Assembly: GCA_021787665.1 (NCBI GenBank)
Contig: JAJYLN010000007.1
Location: 10,135-74,134, forward strand
Length of the DNA stretch: 64,000 nt
Direction of reading: 5' to 3'
Origin: a bacterium
GTDB taxonomy: Bacteria; JAMCPX01
Both the position numbers and the translations under genes were made by a program. Numbering within the stretch: position 1 is the first letter of the stretch; each line of letters starts with the position of its first letter. Shown here one piece after another: positions 10,983 to 21,271 of the stretch. Under the pieces are notes generated by a model. The model saw only the letters and a list, made by a program, of their open reading frames with translations. It was not told the DNA's origin and made no database searches.

Positions 10983-12097
10983 CTGTCGATCTCCGGCAGG
11001 ATGATATCCAAGCTCCCGATGATCGCGACAAGGTCTGCTATCATGACGCCCTTCCCGAGCTTCGGGACTATACTGAGGGTTGCGAACGACGGTGCCCTGA
11101 TCCTGAGTCGGTATGGCTTCGTAGAGCCATCGCTGATAAGATAGAACCCAAGTTCGCCCCGGGGGTTCTCCGCACGCACATAGACCTCCCCGGCCGGCGG
11201 CTTCAATACCTTCGGCACCTTCGCGGTATGGTCACCTGGCTCGAGCATTGCCAGACACTGCCTGACGATCTTTGCGGACTGCTCCATCTCGTATATGCGC
11301 ATCATGTACCGGTCCCACGCATCGCCGGTACTACCCATCTCGCCCCTGCCGACCGGGACTTCGAAGTCGAGCTCGCCGTAGACAAGATAGGGCTCATCCC
11401 TCCTGAGGTCCCATGGTATGCCGGATGCCCTGAGGTTCGGCCCGGTAATGCCGTAGTCGAAGGCATCCTCCGGACGTATGACGGCGATGTCCGCGAGCCT
11501 CTTGATAAAGATCGAGTTGTACGATATCAGATCGTTGTACTCTTTTATCTTCGGCGGGAAATAATCGAGAAACTCTCTCGCCTTTTCTATAAAGCCTCCC
11601 GGGATGTCCTGCGATACGCCGCCGATACGAATATAGTTGTACGTCAGCCTTGCGCCGCACGCCATCTCGAACAAGTCGTTGATAAATTCTCTCTCCCGTA
11701 TGCCGAACAGGAACGGCGTGAACGCACCCATGTCTGCCGATAGGGACCCGAACGCTATGAGGTGGCTCGAGATCCTGTTCAACTCGGCCATGATCACCCG
11801 TATGATCTGCGCCCTGCGGGGCACCTCAATACCGAGCAGCCTCTCTACGGTCATTGCATACGCCAGGTTGCAGTTCATGGAGGCCAGGTAGTCGAGCCTG
11901 TCCGTGAACGGCGTGAACTGCGGATAGGTGACCCTCTCCGCTATCTTCTCGAGCCCCCGGTGCAGATACCCGATGTACGGCTTTATGCTGCTCAACACCT
12001 CGCCGTCCGTCTTTACGAGCAGTCGGAGCACGCCGTGCGTGCTCGGGTGCTGGGGACCCATGCTTACCTGCATGAATTTTTCGTCGGCGCCGGCCAT
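10979..12097 (-). CDS. nuoD: NADH-quinone oxidoreductase subunit D
   Basis: MGPQHPSTHGVLR, IGYLHRGLEK, ENPRGE, C-terminal EIDR; start set at ATG 12097. Confidence 0.95.
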   Translation of the reverse strand: MAGADEKFMQVSMGPQHPSTHGVLRLLVKTDGEVLSSIKPYIGYLHRGLEKIAERVTYPQFTPFTDRLDYLASMNCNLAYAMTVERLLGIEVPRRAQIIRVIMAELNRISSHLIAFGSLSADMGAFTPFLFGIREREFINDLFEMACGARLTYNYIRIGGVSQDIPGGFIEKAREFLDYFPPKIKEYNDLISYNSIFIKRLADIAVIRPEDAFDYGITGPNLRASGIPWDLRRDEPYLVYGELDFEVPVGRGEMGSTGDAWDRYMMRIYEMEQSAKIVRQCLAMLEPGDHTAKVPKVLKPPAGEVYVRAENPRGELGFYLISDGSTKPYRLRIRAPSFATLSIVPKLGKGVMIADLVAIIGSLDIILPEIDR

Positions 12098-12098
12098 C

Positions 12099-12572
12099 CT
12101 AGACGTCCCACGTGTGGTAGCGCTTCGGATAAACATAATCCTTGCGCAGAGGGTATCCTTCCCAGTCCTCGGGCATGAGTATCCGCCTCAGGTCCGGGTG
12201 TCCGTCGAACACGACCCCGAGCAAATCGTAGGCCTCCCGTTCGTACCATGCCGCCACCGGCCAGACTGTCCCGACCGTCCGCACATGCGGGGAACCCCTA
12301 TCGAGCTCCACCTTGAGCACGATCGTGTGTCTCTGCCTCATCGAGCCGAGGTGATAGACGACAGCCATCTTACCCTTTTCCTGCATGTCCACAGCGCTGA
12401 GGCAGATGAGCGAAAGAAACTCCAGCTCTTCCGCTTTCTTGAGAAAATCGCACACCTCCACGATTGCTTGATGTCCCACGACGATGGATGGAGGTAAGGT
12501 GTTCTCCTGGAACTGCTGGATCGCGGAGCCGAACCTGCCGGACAATATCTCGTAGATCTTCTTCGCTTCCAT
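12099..12572 (-). CDS. nuoC: NADH-quinone oxidoreductase subunit C
   Basis: WYEREAYDLLG, GHPDLRRIL, YPLRKDY; ATGA overlap with nuoB stop. Confidence 0.93.
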   Translation of the reverse strand: MEAKKIYEILSGRFGSAIQQFQENTLPPSIVVGHQAIVEVCDFLKKAEELEFLSLICLSAVDMQEKGKMAVVYHLGSMRQRHTIVLKVELDRGSPHVRTVGTVWPVAAWYEREAYDLLGVVFDGHPDLRRILMPEDWEGYPLRKDYVYPKRYHTWDV

Positions 12573-13057
12573 CACTTCCTCACCAGGTTCTTCTTCTCCA
12601 TGATCTTTTCCTGGAGCTTCATGATGCCCTCTATCAGGGCCTCCGGCCTCGGCGGGCACCCCGGGACGTAGACATCCACCGGGATGATCCTGTCCACCCC
12701 CTTCAGCACCGCGTAGGAGTCTTTATAGAACGGGCCCCCGGTGTTCGCACAGCTCCCCATCGCGATAACATACTTGGGGGAGGGCATCTGGTCATACAGC
12801 CGCTTCACCCTGTCGGCCATCATGTGCGTGATCGTGCCTGCCACGATCATGAGATCGGACTGGCGTGGCGTAGCCCTGAACACGGCGCCGAAACGGTCGA
12901 GGTCATACCGGGACGCGCCGGTCTGCATGAGCTCTATGCCGCAGCACGCCGTGGCGAACAGCATGTACCACAGCGACGACTTCTGGGACCAGTTGAGAAA
13001 TTTATCAACGGTGGTGAAGAGTATATTGTCCGGTAACCTGTCTTCCAATGCGCCCAT
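12572..13057 (-). CDS. nuoB: NADH-quinone oxidoreductase subunit B
   Basis: [21 protein letters not shown]. Confidence 0.95.
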   Translation of the reverse strand: MGALEDRLPDNILFTTVDKFLNWSQKSSLWYMLFATACCGIELMQTGASRYDLDRFGAVFRATPRQSDLMIVAGTITHMMADRVKRLYDQMPSPKYVIAMGSCANTGGPFYKDSYAVLKGVDRIIPVDVYVPGCPPRPEALIEGIMKLQEKIMEKKNLVRK

Positions 13058-13455
13058 TACTCGTCCCCTTCACCTTCTTCCTGAAGATTACCGAGGTCCT
13101 TGATCCAGTCGAGGTCACCCATCTTCCACACATAGGCGAAGCCGACCAGCAGCACTCCCATAAAAATAAGGACGTCCCAGAAGGCTATCCAGCCCATAGA
13201 TCGAAACACCACGGCCCAGGGGAACAGGAACACCACCTCGACATCGAATATGACGAAGATAAGCGCTATCACATAGAAGCGGACGTTGAACGTGATCCAA
13301 CTGTGCCCGATCGGCTCTTCACCGCACTCGTAGTTGCTCATTTTTATAAGGTTCGGGTCTGCGGGCCGCACGAGCCTTCCCAGAAGCAGGGTGACTGCGA
13401 CAAAAACGGTGCCGAGCGTCAAAAAGACGAAAACATTCGAGAAATTAATCAACAT
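13057..13455 (-). CDS. nuoA: NADH-quinone oxidoreductase subunit A
   Basis: [21 protein letters not shown]. Confidence 0.95.
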   Translation of the reverse strand: MLINFSNVFVFLTLGTVFVAVTLLLGRLVRPADPNLIKMSNYECGEEPIGHSWITFNVRFYVIALIFVIFDVEVVFLFPWAVVFRSMGWIAFWDVLIFMGVLLVGFAYVWKMGDLDWIKDLGNLQEEGEGDE

Positions 13456-13763
13456 ACCTGTTTCACCTGTATACTGTATACGCTTGCTACATTAAACAAT
13501 AAAACCTTGTCAAGCATTGCGGTCAAAAAATGGGTTACCCTCACCTTGGTGATTATGGGGGGGGCACGCCTCCTGTTCGTTCTCTAGCAACCTCATAGAC
13601 GAAGTAGGACAGGTAAGTTGCAGCCGTATGAAATATATTATTTATTGTCTTCTGAATCTTCTCTCATGCGCTTCAAGGCGTTGTTGAAGGCTTCACCTCC
13701 ACGATCAAGCCATCAACATCCCTCGGCGTGCGTGACCTGACTGCATCCTTTCTTGCCTCACGA

Positions 13764-13792
13764 ATCATACCATACCAAATGTTCTGTGTCAA
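13764..13792 (-). promoter_or_regulatory. Near-consensus sigma70 promoter about 310 nt upstream of nuoA
   Basis: Minus strand TTGACA-17-TATGAT with extended -10 TG. Confidence 0.6.
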
Positions 13793-13961
13793 AGGGCGAA
13801 TCGAATCTGTGTTATCGCCAACCAGTCTTGACTTGAGCCTATGAAAAGGGTGGCTAAGACGGTAAAGCCCCCATAGACACCATGGCCATCTGTGAGAAGC
13901 ATCGCATTGCCAAGGCTTTGGCTGAAAACATCACTATGAAGATCGAGCAGGTATGAGCTGG

Positions 13962-15149
13962 CTATTCGAGCATCATCACGGCCTGGTCTATCCTCTCGAG
14001 TCCTTTCTTGATCATCTCGAGCGATATGGCGTACGAGAGCCTGACATGCTCTTCCGCGCCGAACGGCGCGCCCGGCACGAGGGCCACCTTTGCCTGGTCG
14101 AGCAGGTAGTCCGCAAAGCCGAACGAGTCCTTGATGGCCTTTCCCTTGAACTTCTTCGTGTACAGGGCACTGACGTTCGGGAACGCATAGAACGCGCCCT
14201 TGGGCGTAATGCACCGTATGCCGTTTATCCTGTTCAACCCCTCGACGATGAACTTCCTTCTCCTGTCGAACTCCGTAACCATCTTCGATACGGATTCCTG
14301 CGGGCCGCTCAATGCCTCGACGCTTGCCTTCATCGCTATAGATGTCGGGTTGGACGTGCTCTGACTCTGGATGTTCTTCATGCCCTTTATGATGTCCTTG
14401 GGGCCGGCGGTGAAGCCAATCCTCCAGCCGGTCATCGCGTAGGTCTTCGACACGCCGTGCACGAGCAGGGTACGGGACTTCATGTCCTTCGCCTGGGCTA
14501 TCGTGAAGAACTTCTCGCCGTCGTAGATAAGCTTCTCGTATATGTCGTCGGTGACAACGAACAGGTTGTGCTTGCGGACGACCTCTGCAATCTCTTCCAG
14601 GACCTTTCTGGGGTATACGGCGCCGGACGGGTTCCCGGGGCTGTTTATCAGGAGCATCTTGGTCTTCTTCGTGATGGCCTTCTCCACCGCGGCAGGACCC
14701 AGCGCAAAATTGTCCTTCTCCGAGGTCTTCACGAAGACAGGCTTTCCGCCCGCAACGGCGAACATCTCGGGGTACGACACCCAGTAGGGCGTCGGGATGA
14801 TGACCTCATCGCCCGGGTCAATCATGGCGAGTGCTATGTTGAACAGGGCGTGCTTTGCGCCGACCGACACGATGATCTCGTCCCTGGCGTACTCGATGCC
14901 GTTGTCGCGCTTGAGCTTCAGTATAATAGCGTCCTTGAGCTCCGGTATGCCGTCAACCGGCATATACTTCGTAAAACCTTTGTTTATGGCATCTATCGCT
15001 GCCCGTTTTATATTGTCCGGCGTATCGAAATCCGGCTCGCCCGCTCCAAAGCCGACAACATCGACGCCCTGTGCCTTCAACTCTTTTGCCTTCGTATCGA
15101 TCGCCAATGTGGCAGACGGCTTGATACCTCTGGCCCTCTCAGATAACAT
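13962..15149 (-). CDS. aspC: PLP-dependent aspartate aminotransferase (class I)
   Basis: GAGEPDF, NSPGNPSG, DDIY, SKTYAMTGWRIG. Confidence 0.9.
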   Translation of the reverse strand: MLSERARGIKPSATLAIDTKAKELKAQGVDVVGFGAGEPDFDTPDNIKRAAIDAINKGFTKYMPVDGIPELKDAIILKLKRDNGIEYARDEIIVSVGAKHALFNIALAMIDPGDEVIIPTPYWVSYPEMFAVAGGKPVFVKTSEKDNFALGPAAVEKAITKKTKMLLINSPGNPSGAVYPRKVLEEIAEVVRKHNLFVVTDDIYEKLIYDGEKFFTIAQAKDMKSRTLLVHGVSKTYAMTGWRIGFTAGPKDIIKGMKNIQSQSTSNPTSIAMKASVEALSGPQESVSKMVTEFDRRRKFIVEGLNRINGIRCITPKGAFYAFPNVSALYTKKFKGKAIKDSFGFADYLLDQAKVALVPGAPFGAEEHVRLSYAISLEMIKKGLERIDQAVMMLE

Positions 15150-15212
15150 AGAATCCTCCTTCTCTTTTATTATAACCCGCCAATGCGGGACATCGAGGCC
15201 CTTCCCCGGCGC

Positions 15213-15725
15213 TCATTCCCACGATACGATATCGGTCTTCCTTTCCTTCAGCCTGTCGCTGAAGCGTCGTATGACGACGTCCGGCACCAGCTCATCCGCC
15301 CTGCCCCCGAGCGATAGTATGTCCTTTATGATACTCGAGCTCAGGAACGAATACCTGTCCTCCGTCATCATAAAAACAGTCTCGATATTCCCGCTCATCT
15401 TTTTATTGGCGAGCGACATCTGCAGCTCGAACTCGAAGTCCGCGACCGTCCTCAGCCCGCGCAGCACGGTATCCACGTTCCTGGACTTAACGTAGTCCAC
15501 GAGCAGTCCCTTGAAAGGCTCCACGACCACCCTTCTCTCGCGCCTGAATATCTCTTTGATAATGCCCACCCGCTCCTCCATCGAAAAGAACGGTTTCTTG
15601 CCGGACTGGCTATAGGAGACGGCAACGATGACCTTCCGGAATATCTTCAGTGCCCTCTCAATGATATTAATATGGCCGTATGTGATGGGGTCGAATGACC
15701 CGGGATATATTACCACCTTGTCCAT
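15213..15725 (-). CDS. coaD: Pantetheine-phosphate adenylyltransferase
   Basis: YPGSFDPITYGH, RGLR, DFEFE, LSSS. Confidence 0.95.
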   Translation of the reverse strand: MDKVVIYPGSFDPITYGHINIIERALKIFRKVIVAVSYSQSGKKPFFSMEERVGIIKEIFRRERRVVVEPFKGLLVDYVKSRNVDTVLRGLRTVADFEFELQMSLANKKMSGNIETVFMMTEDRYSFLSSSIIKDILSLGGRADELVPDVVIRRFSDRLKERKTDIVSWE

Positions 15726-15741
15726 ACTGTTACTCGCCCTA

Positions 15742-16323
15742 TCACCACCGCCTGACAACGGTCAGACACTTGTCTCCGTACCGATACACCGTGCTATGCA
15801 GGCCTTCGGACAGTACCTCCTCGGTGCCTCCGGGTGCATCCTTCTCGTGCGTGGTATGCTCGATGCCTATCAGGAGATCACCCGTCATTATCCCACTACG
15901 GATCAGGGAAGGCAACACACCAGTATACGCATGCACGTCCCCGTAAGGAGGGTCCACGTAAGCTATGTCCATCCTTGCGGCACTTTCCTTCAGGCGCACC
16001 AGTGCCCTTTTTGCATCCATCCGCATCACCGTATACGAGCCATTATCTAACAGATCCTCTTTTATTAAAGCAAGGTTTTTCAACAAAAATGTCGATGCCG
16101 GGTCGGAACGTTCGACAAAATAAACCATCCGCGCTCCCCTGCTCAAAGCCTCGATGCCCATGGCTCCGGTACCTGCAAAGAGGTCGAGGAACACGGCGTC
16201 CTCGATCCGGCGTCCCAGAATATCGAAAAATGCCTCCCGGACCTTGGCGAGCGTCGGACGGACAGCATGCCCGGCTGGCGACCTGAGACACATGCCCTTT
16301 AATCTGCCTCCGATTATCCTCAT
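15742..16323 (-). CDS. rsmD: 16S rRNA (guanine966-N2) methyltransferase
   Basis: MRIIGG, VRPT, DLFAGTGAMGIEALSRGA, DPPY; adjacent to coaD. Confidence 0.92.
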   Translation of the reverse strand: MRIIGGRLKGMCLRSPAGHAVRPTLAKVREAFFDILGRRIEDAVFLDLFAGTGAMGIEALSRGARMVYFVERSDPASTFLLKNLALIKEDLLDNGSYTVMRMDAKRALVRLKESAARMDIAYVDPPYGDVHAYTGVLPSLIRSGIMTGDLLIGIEHTTHEKDAPGGTEEVLSEGLHSTVYRYGDKCLTVVRRW

Positions 16324-16431
16324 ACAACAGCACAGGGACACCCCGCTATCGGCGGCATGCCCCTGCGCCCATGACTTCACCCTGATCAGGCCGGCCATCC
16401 ACTGACGTAACGGCCCGCCCTCCTGTCCCGA

Positions 16432-17955
16432 TCACTCCGCCGTCATCGCGACATATATGTTGGCGTTGCCGCGCGCTATAAGGAGGGACACCATCTGCCC
16501 CTTCTTGACGGTGGCCAGGACATTGCTGTATTCTTTCGCGCTCTTGATCTCCTTCTGATCCATCTGCTCTATCACATCACCCTTCTGAATACCGGCCATG
16601 TCCGCAGGGCTCCCCTGTATGACATCGGTCACCACGACCCCCTTGGCAGCCTGAAGGTTGTACTGCCGCTGGACATCCGGCGTGATGGTTTCGACGATAA
16701 TGCCGAGCTTCTTCTCGCTTATCTTCTTGACCTCCGGCGCAACGCTCGCCAGCTTTTCATTCGAGGGGAGCGTCCCGATCTTGACCTTGAATGTCTTCTC
16801 TTTGCCGTGCCGTATGACCGCGACATCCGCTGTACTGCCGATTGCTGTATTGGAAACGATCCACGGGAGGACGTCCGCACTCTTCACGACCTTGCCATTA
16901 AAGCGTACGATAACATCCCCCTCCTTGATGCCGGCCTTGTCCGCTGGTCCCCCTTTCACCACCTTCGTAACAACAGCGCCCTTCTGGTTTCTGTGCAGGT
17001 GGAACGATTCCGCAAGGTCCGGCGTAATATTCTGGATGTATACCCCGAGCCATCCCCGGATGACCTTGCCGTGCTCTATCAACTGAGGGATAATCGTTTT
17101 TGCCACGTTAATGGGTATGGCGAACCCTATGCCCTGCCCGATACTCGGCGCTATGATGGCGGTACTGATACCGATGACGTCGCCGTTCAGATCGAACACC
17201 GGTCCTCCGCTGTTCCCCCTGTTGATGGCGGCGTCCGTTTGCAGGAATTGGTCATAATTACTCGAATTTAGCCTCCTCCCCTCTGCGCTGATGATACCTG
17301 CGGTTACCGTATGGTCGAGACCAAAGGGATTACCGATGACAACGACCCAGTCGCCGACATTGACCTTCGAAGAATCCCCGAGATCTACAATCTGGAGCGG
17401 CTTCTTCGAGGACACTTTCAGAAGGGCGAGGTCCGTCTGCGGGTCCGCACCGACGACCTTTGCCGTATACTGGTCCCCGTTATCCGTTATTACCCGGATA
17501 TCGGTCATACCCGCTATCACATGGTTGTTCGTCAGGATGTACCCCTCTTTATTGATAATAAAGCCGGACCCAAGGGCATGCTCCTTGTACTCCTGGGGAC
17601 CACCGGGGCCCATAAACTGCTCAAAGAAATGGGGACCGAAGAACTGTTTGAACTGTTCTCCCATAGGTCCTAATGGCTGTGCCATCGGATTTGTCTTTAT
17701 GATCTTCGTCGTCGATATATTCACCACCGCTCCCTTTACCCTGTTGACGAGCGGAGCGAACGACGCCGGTACACAGCTCTGGGAAGTTCCCAGGGTCTGC
17801 GCAACGGCTGCGGTCGGCTTCTCGCTCCATATCTTTGTTTCTTTGGCATCGGTGGTAGTCGTGATATTCAGCCGCGCGGCAAGCAGCAGTCCTGCCACGA
17901 CTGACGCTATCACAAGGCAGCAGATACCAAGTATCGCATAACCTTTCTTTTTCAT
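16432..17955 (-). CDS. DegP/DegQ (Do) serine protease with two PDZ domains
   Basis: LGSGFII, TNNHV, DLAL, QTDAAINRGNSGGP; N-terminal anchor. Confidence 0.93.
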   Translation of the reverse strand: MKKKGYAILGICCLVIASVVAGLLLAARLNITTTTDAKETKIWSEKPTAAVAQTLGTSQSCVPASFAPLVNRVKGAVVNISTTKIIKTNPMAQPLGPMGEQFKQFFGPHFFEQFMGPGGPQEYKEHALGSGFIINKEGYILTNNHVIAGMTDIRVITDNGDQYTAKVVGADPQTDLALLKVSSKKPLQIVDLGDSSKVNVGDWVVVIGNPFGLDHTVTAGIISAEGRRLNSSNYDQFLQTDAAINRGNSGGPVFDLNGDVIGISTAIIAPSIGQGIGFAIPINVAKTIIPQLIEHGKVIRGWLGVYIQNITPDLAESFHLHRNQKGAVVTKVVKGGPADKAGIKEGDVIVRFNGKVVKSADVLPWIVSNTAIGSTADVAVIRHGKEKTFKVKIGTLPSNEKLASVAPEVKKISEKKLGIIVETITPDVQRQYNLQAAKGVVVTDVIQGSPADMAGIQKGDVIEQMDQKEIKSAKEYSNVLATVKKGQMVSLLIARGNANIYVAMTAE

Positions 17956-17964
17956 GTTTCCTCC

Positions 17965-18396
17965 TTATTTTTTGCCTTCATTCACCAGGACGTATCTCAT
18001 CCTGAGATCGAAAAGTACATTGTCGAGCATCATCGACTCCTCATTGGTCAGATTACCCGTGGTCTTGTCCTTGAGGAGCTCGAGAATATCTATGGTTTGG
18101 CCCGCGGCATTGACGTCCTTCTTGATGACGTTGGTCTGCGGGTCCGCTACGGCACCGAGCTGGATCAACGCGGTCCCGGCAAGCGAGTTTATCAAGTCTA
18201 TGAAGCCTATCTTGTCGCGCTCCTCTCCGATCCCACCAGATCCGTGGAGCGGCTCGTATGTCGATGTATCCCTGTCGTCCAGACCGTCTCCCGCGCCTTC
18301 TCCCTTTTCGCCGGAGCCCATGACCTCCCCATCTGCGTCCATCCGAAAACGTCTCTTATCGTTAACCTTGATGTCATCGTCTTCCCTGTCAGCCAT
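17965..18396 (-). CDS. DUF1844-family protein
   Basis: KVNDKRR N-terminus; TIDILELLKDKTTGNL...LFDLRMRYV. Confidence 0.8.
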   Translation of the reverse strand: MADREDDDIKVNDKRRFRMDADGEVMGSGEKGEGAGDGLDDRDTSTYEPLHGSGGIGEERDKIGFIDLINSLAGTALIQLGAVADPQTNVIKKDVNAAGQTIDILELLKDKTTGNLTNEESMMLDNVLFDLRMRYVLVNEGKK

Positions 18397-18413
18397 GTCC
18401 AGGTCCTCCTCCC

Positions 18414-19727
18414 CTATTGATAAATCTTCTTAATGCCCGATTCAAGGGCATCGAAGGCCTCGATCCCGAGCACGGCGACCCTTGGGTCGATGGAGGTCCT
18501 TGCATAGATTGTGACATTGTTTCTGCCTCCGATGGATATCGTCGTGGTGGTAGGCAGCATGGTACCGACAACCGTAAAGGTAATCGCCGCGTTCTCCGGC
18601 GGTGCCTTTGCGACAAAGCGACTCGCACCGACGGAGGTCAGCGTATTGATCATATTATTGACGCCCGCCGTGTTGGTAAAGGGAGCGCCGTCCTTAAGCC
18701 AGGCCGCATAGCCTTTCCTCGAAAGCGTGACCGTCTTGCCGTGCCATACGATCTCCACGGACGATATCGACCACTTGCTCTGTATCAGTAGCTTATCGTC
18801 GACCATCGAGCTCACGGACCTGTCGAACGTAGAGAGTATCCCTCTGTTCACCACATATACCGGGGTCTGTCCTGAAACCGCGGCGTACACATCGTTCGGG
18901 TCCGCTTCCTTCCCTATCTTCACGTCGTAGTGTCTGTTGTCAGTCGTCTCCATGCCGATGATAGCCGAGGGCCTTTTGAGCCCGGTCCCCTGCAGGCCCC
19001 GGGCGTCGTCGATGATATTAGTTGCCCTCAGACTGGTCAGCTTGAAGAGCATATCGTTTAAAAACGTCGTTCTGAGCCTGTTATACGCCGGCTTGGTGAA
19101 GTACCAGACGCCGTTGTTCTGCCTCAGTGTATAGATGGGCCGGTGCTCTTTCGAGAATGACATGCCCGCTATAGCGTTTCGGGGAACAGACAGGACGTCC
19201 TTGTTCCTCAAGTGGTACAGCGTGCTGTCGAGCTGGTTCCGTATCCATGCCGTTATCGTGAAGATGTCCTTGCGGCCGTTCACCGCCCTCGCGTAGTAGT
19301 CCTCCCCGACCGGCGTCTTTGAGCCGATCTCCACAGTATACGCCTTGTTGTCCGATGACACTACTGTTGCCGTTATGGACGCCGGACTCAGCCCGAACGC
19401 CGAAAGAGAACCCTCACCTATGTCCGTCGCATAGTCGAGTTTCCTGATCCCGTCGGCGATACCGTTGACCACACTCGTGTCGACCCCGGTATGGACCGGA
19501 GATACTATCGTCCAGAGTCCGGGAGCGCTCTGCCGGAGTACGAAGCTGCCGTACCCGTTCTCGATGGACATCCTGGCAAGACGGGCGTCGCCCATCTTGA
19601 ATACCTGTTTTGCCTCGATTTGCTCCTTTGTAATCCTGGTGCTGTTCCGCGGCTTCACCACGAAGAGTACGAGGACAAGGGCCGCAGCGAGGAGCGCGGT
19701 AAGATAGAGAGTCAGTTTGAAGTTCAT
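18414..19727 (-). CDS. DUF4340-family protein
   Basis: N-terminal anchor; repeated FGL..P / IG..P...YA units; follows GldG-like gene. Confidence 0.75.
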   Translation of the reverse strand: MNFKLTLYLTALLAAALVLVLFVVKPRNSTRITKEQIEAKQVFKMGDARLARMSIENGYGSFVLRQSAPGLWTIVSPVHTGVDTSVVNGIADGIRKLDYATDIGEGSLSAFGLSPASITATVVSSDNKAYTVEIGSKTPVGEDYYARAVNGRKDIFTITAWIRNQLDSTLYHLRNKDVLSVPRNAIAGMSFSKEHRPIYTLRQNNGVWYFTKPAYNRLRTTFLNDMLFKLTSLRATNIIDDARGLQGTGLKRPSAIIGMETTDNRHYDVKIGKEADPNDVYAAVSGQTPVYVVNRGILSTFDRSVSSMVDDKLLIQSKWSISSVEIVWHGKTVTLSRKGYAAWLKDGAPFTNTAGVNNMINTLTSVGASRFVAKAPPENAAITFTVVGTMLPTTTTISIGGRNNVTIYARTSIDPRVAVLGIEAFDALESGIKKIYQ

Positions 19728-19746
19728 CCGTATCTCTCCTGTAGGC

Positions 19747-21267
19747 CTACAGCCTCTTCATCCTCAGGTATGCGAGCACACCGAAGAAAAAGAGCAGGGC
19801 CGGAATCAGAACCACGGTCATGTAGAAGATCAGCTTCCCCTGCACGACGGTCAGGAACATCTGCTGCCCGCCGTTGGGCCTCGTCCGTATGGTCACGAGG
19901 TTCCCCTCTTTTACGAGCCAGCTCACCGTGTTCATGATAAGGTCCCTGTTGAACAGCGCCGTAAGGTACTTGTTTGTGGCGATCGATGAAGTACCGAACA
20001 CCGCGATGCGCGCGATCCTGTCCCCGATCGTCAGGGGGCCCGCGACGGCGACGCTGATCGGGCCTTTCACGTCTCCTGGACCGAATTTGGCGATTCCCTT
20101 GCTGAACAACGTCTTCAGGTGCACGTCCGTCCAGCTCGAGTTGCTTGTCTTCGCGATGGAAGTGACGCCGGGGGCCGTACCTTCCTTCCGCTTTACCACC
20201 TCGACCGACCGCACCATCGGGAAGATCGTCGTACCTTTGAAGTCCTTCGTTATGTCGCTTCCCTTGCTGTACTGGGTCACCACAGGCTCTACCCCGAGGG
20301 TCGGGCCCTGGAACAGCCTCACGACCTGATCGAGGACGACGTCGTTCCCCACGGTTATCCCGTACTTCGAGAGGAACTTCGGTATCCCGGTCCTGGTCCG
20401 TGGGTCTATCATGAGCAAGAGGTATCCGCCGTCCCTGAGGTAGCCCGCGATCGAATCCAGCTCCTGGGGCAGGAGCGGCTTCACGGCCCCGGCGTCGACC
20501 ACGAGCGTGCAGGACGTCGGTATGGACGCAACGGCAGGGAGCAGGAGCTGTGTAACGGTATAATCCTGATCGATGAGCGCTCGTCTGAACAGTCCGTACC
20601 CATTCACGCCTGAGGCGTCCGACAGGTCCCTCTCCCCGTTGCCGGTAATGTAGCACACGTTGATGACACGCGTCGAGAGCAGCTTTAAGATCGCATTCGT
20701 TACATCGTTCTCCGTGGCCTGCCCTATTTTTACGGTCTTACCGTTGTACTGTAGGACGATCGTCCCGCTCGTGGTTATGCCGTAACTCCTGGCGATTGTC
20801 GGCTCCTTGTCCGGATCAATGACCTGGTAGTGCACATACCTGCTCAGGTACGCGTACTCAGCAAGCAGGTCCCTTGCTTTCATGCTCGTGCCTTCCTGAA
20901 AAAAGGCCGTGATCTTCAGGTCTTTCTTGAGCCCTTTAAGGATCTGCCGTGTCTCCTGGGAAAGGGTATACTGACCGTTGGCGGTCATGTCCCATCGTTT
21001 ATAATAGTTGCTGGAGACATAGTTTATAACAGAAACTATCCCCAGGACGACCACCACGAGCACGATCGTGTTGAAGCCGTACAGGGCCTTCTTCACGCTA
21101 AAGGCGCTCTTTATCTCCCTCCTGTACAGAAGAAACCACAGTACGACGAGAAGCAGTCCGGCCGACAGAAACAGTATCGTCCACGCGTTCAGCAGCGACG
21201 TCACGAGGTACACGAACATGCCCGTGACGATAAACAGTACACCAGCGATCCATAATGCTATCTTCAT
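19747..21267 (-). CDS. GldG-family ABC transporter accessory component
   Basis: RWDMTANGQYTLS, IDPDKEP, GNGER, NRDLIMNTVSWL. Confidence 0.85.
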   Translation of the reverse strand: MKIALWIAGVLFIVTGMFVYLVTSLLNAWTILFLSAGLLLVVLWFLLYRREIKSAFSVKKALYGFNTIVLVVVVLGIVSVINYVSSNYYKRWDMTANGQYTLSQETRQILKGLKKDLKITAFFQEGTSMKARDLLAEYAYLSRYVHYQVIDPDKEPTIARSYGITTSGTIVLQYNGKTVKIGQATENDVTNAILKLLSTRVINVCYITGNGERDLSDASGVNGYGLFRRALIDQDYTVTQLLLPAVASIPTSCTLVVDAGAVKPLLPQELDSIAGYLRDGGYLLLMIDPRTRTGIPKFLSKYGITVGNDVVLDQVVRLFQGPTLGVEPVVTQYSKGSDITKDFKGTTIFPMVRSVEVVKRKEGTAPGVTSIAKTSNSSWTDVHLKTLFSKGIAKFGPGDVKGPISVAVAGPLTIGDRIARIAVFGTSSIATNKYLTALFNRDLIMNTVSWLVKEGNLVTIRTRPNGGQQMFLTVVQGKLIFYMTVVLIPALLFFFGVLAYLRMKRL

Positions 21268-21271
21268 GCCA

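Noticed and set aside
13557..13564. G8 homopolymer as a phase-variation tract
   Set aside because: Non-coding, not within a promoter spacer, and short
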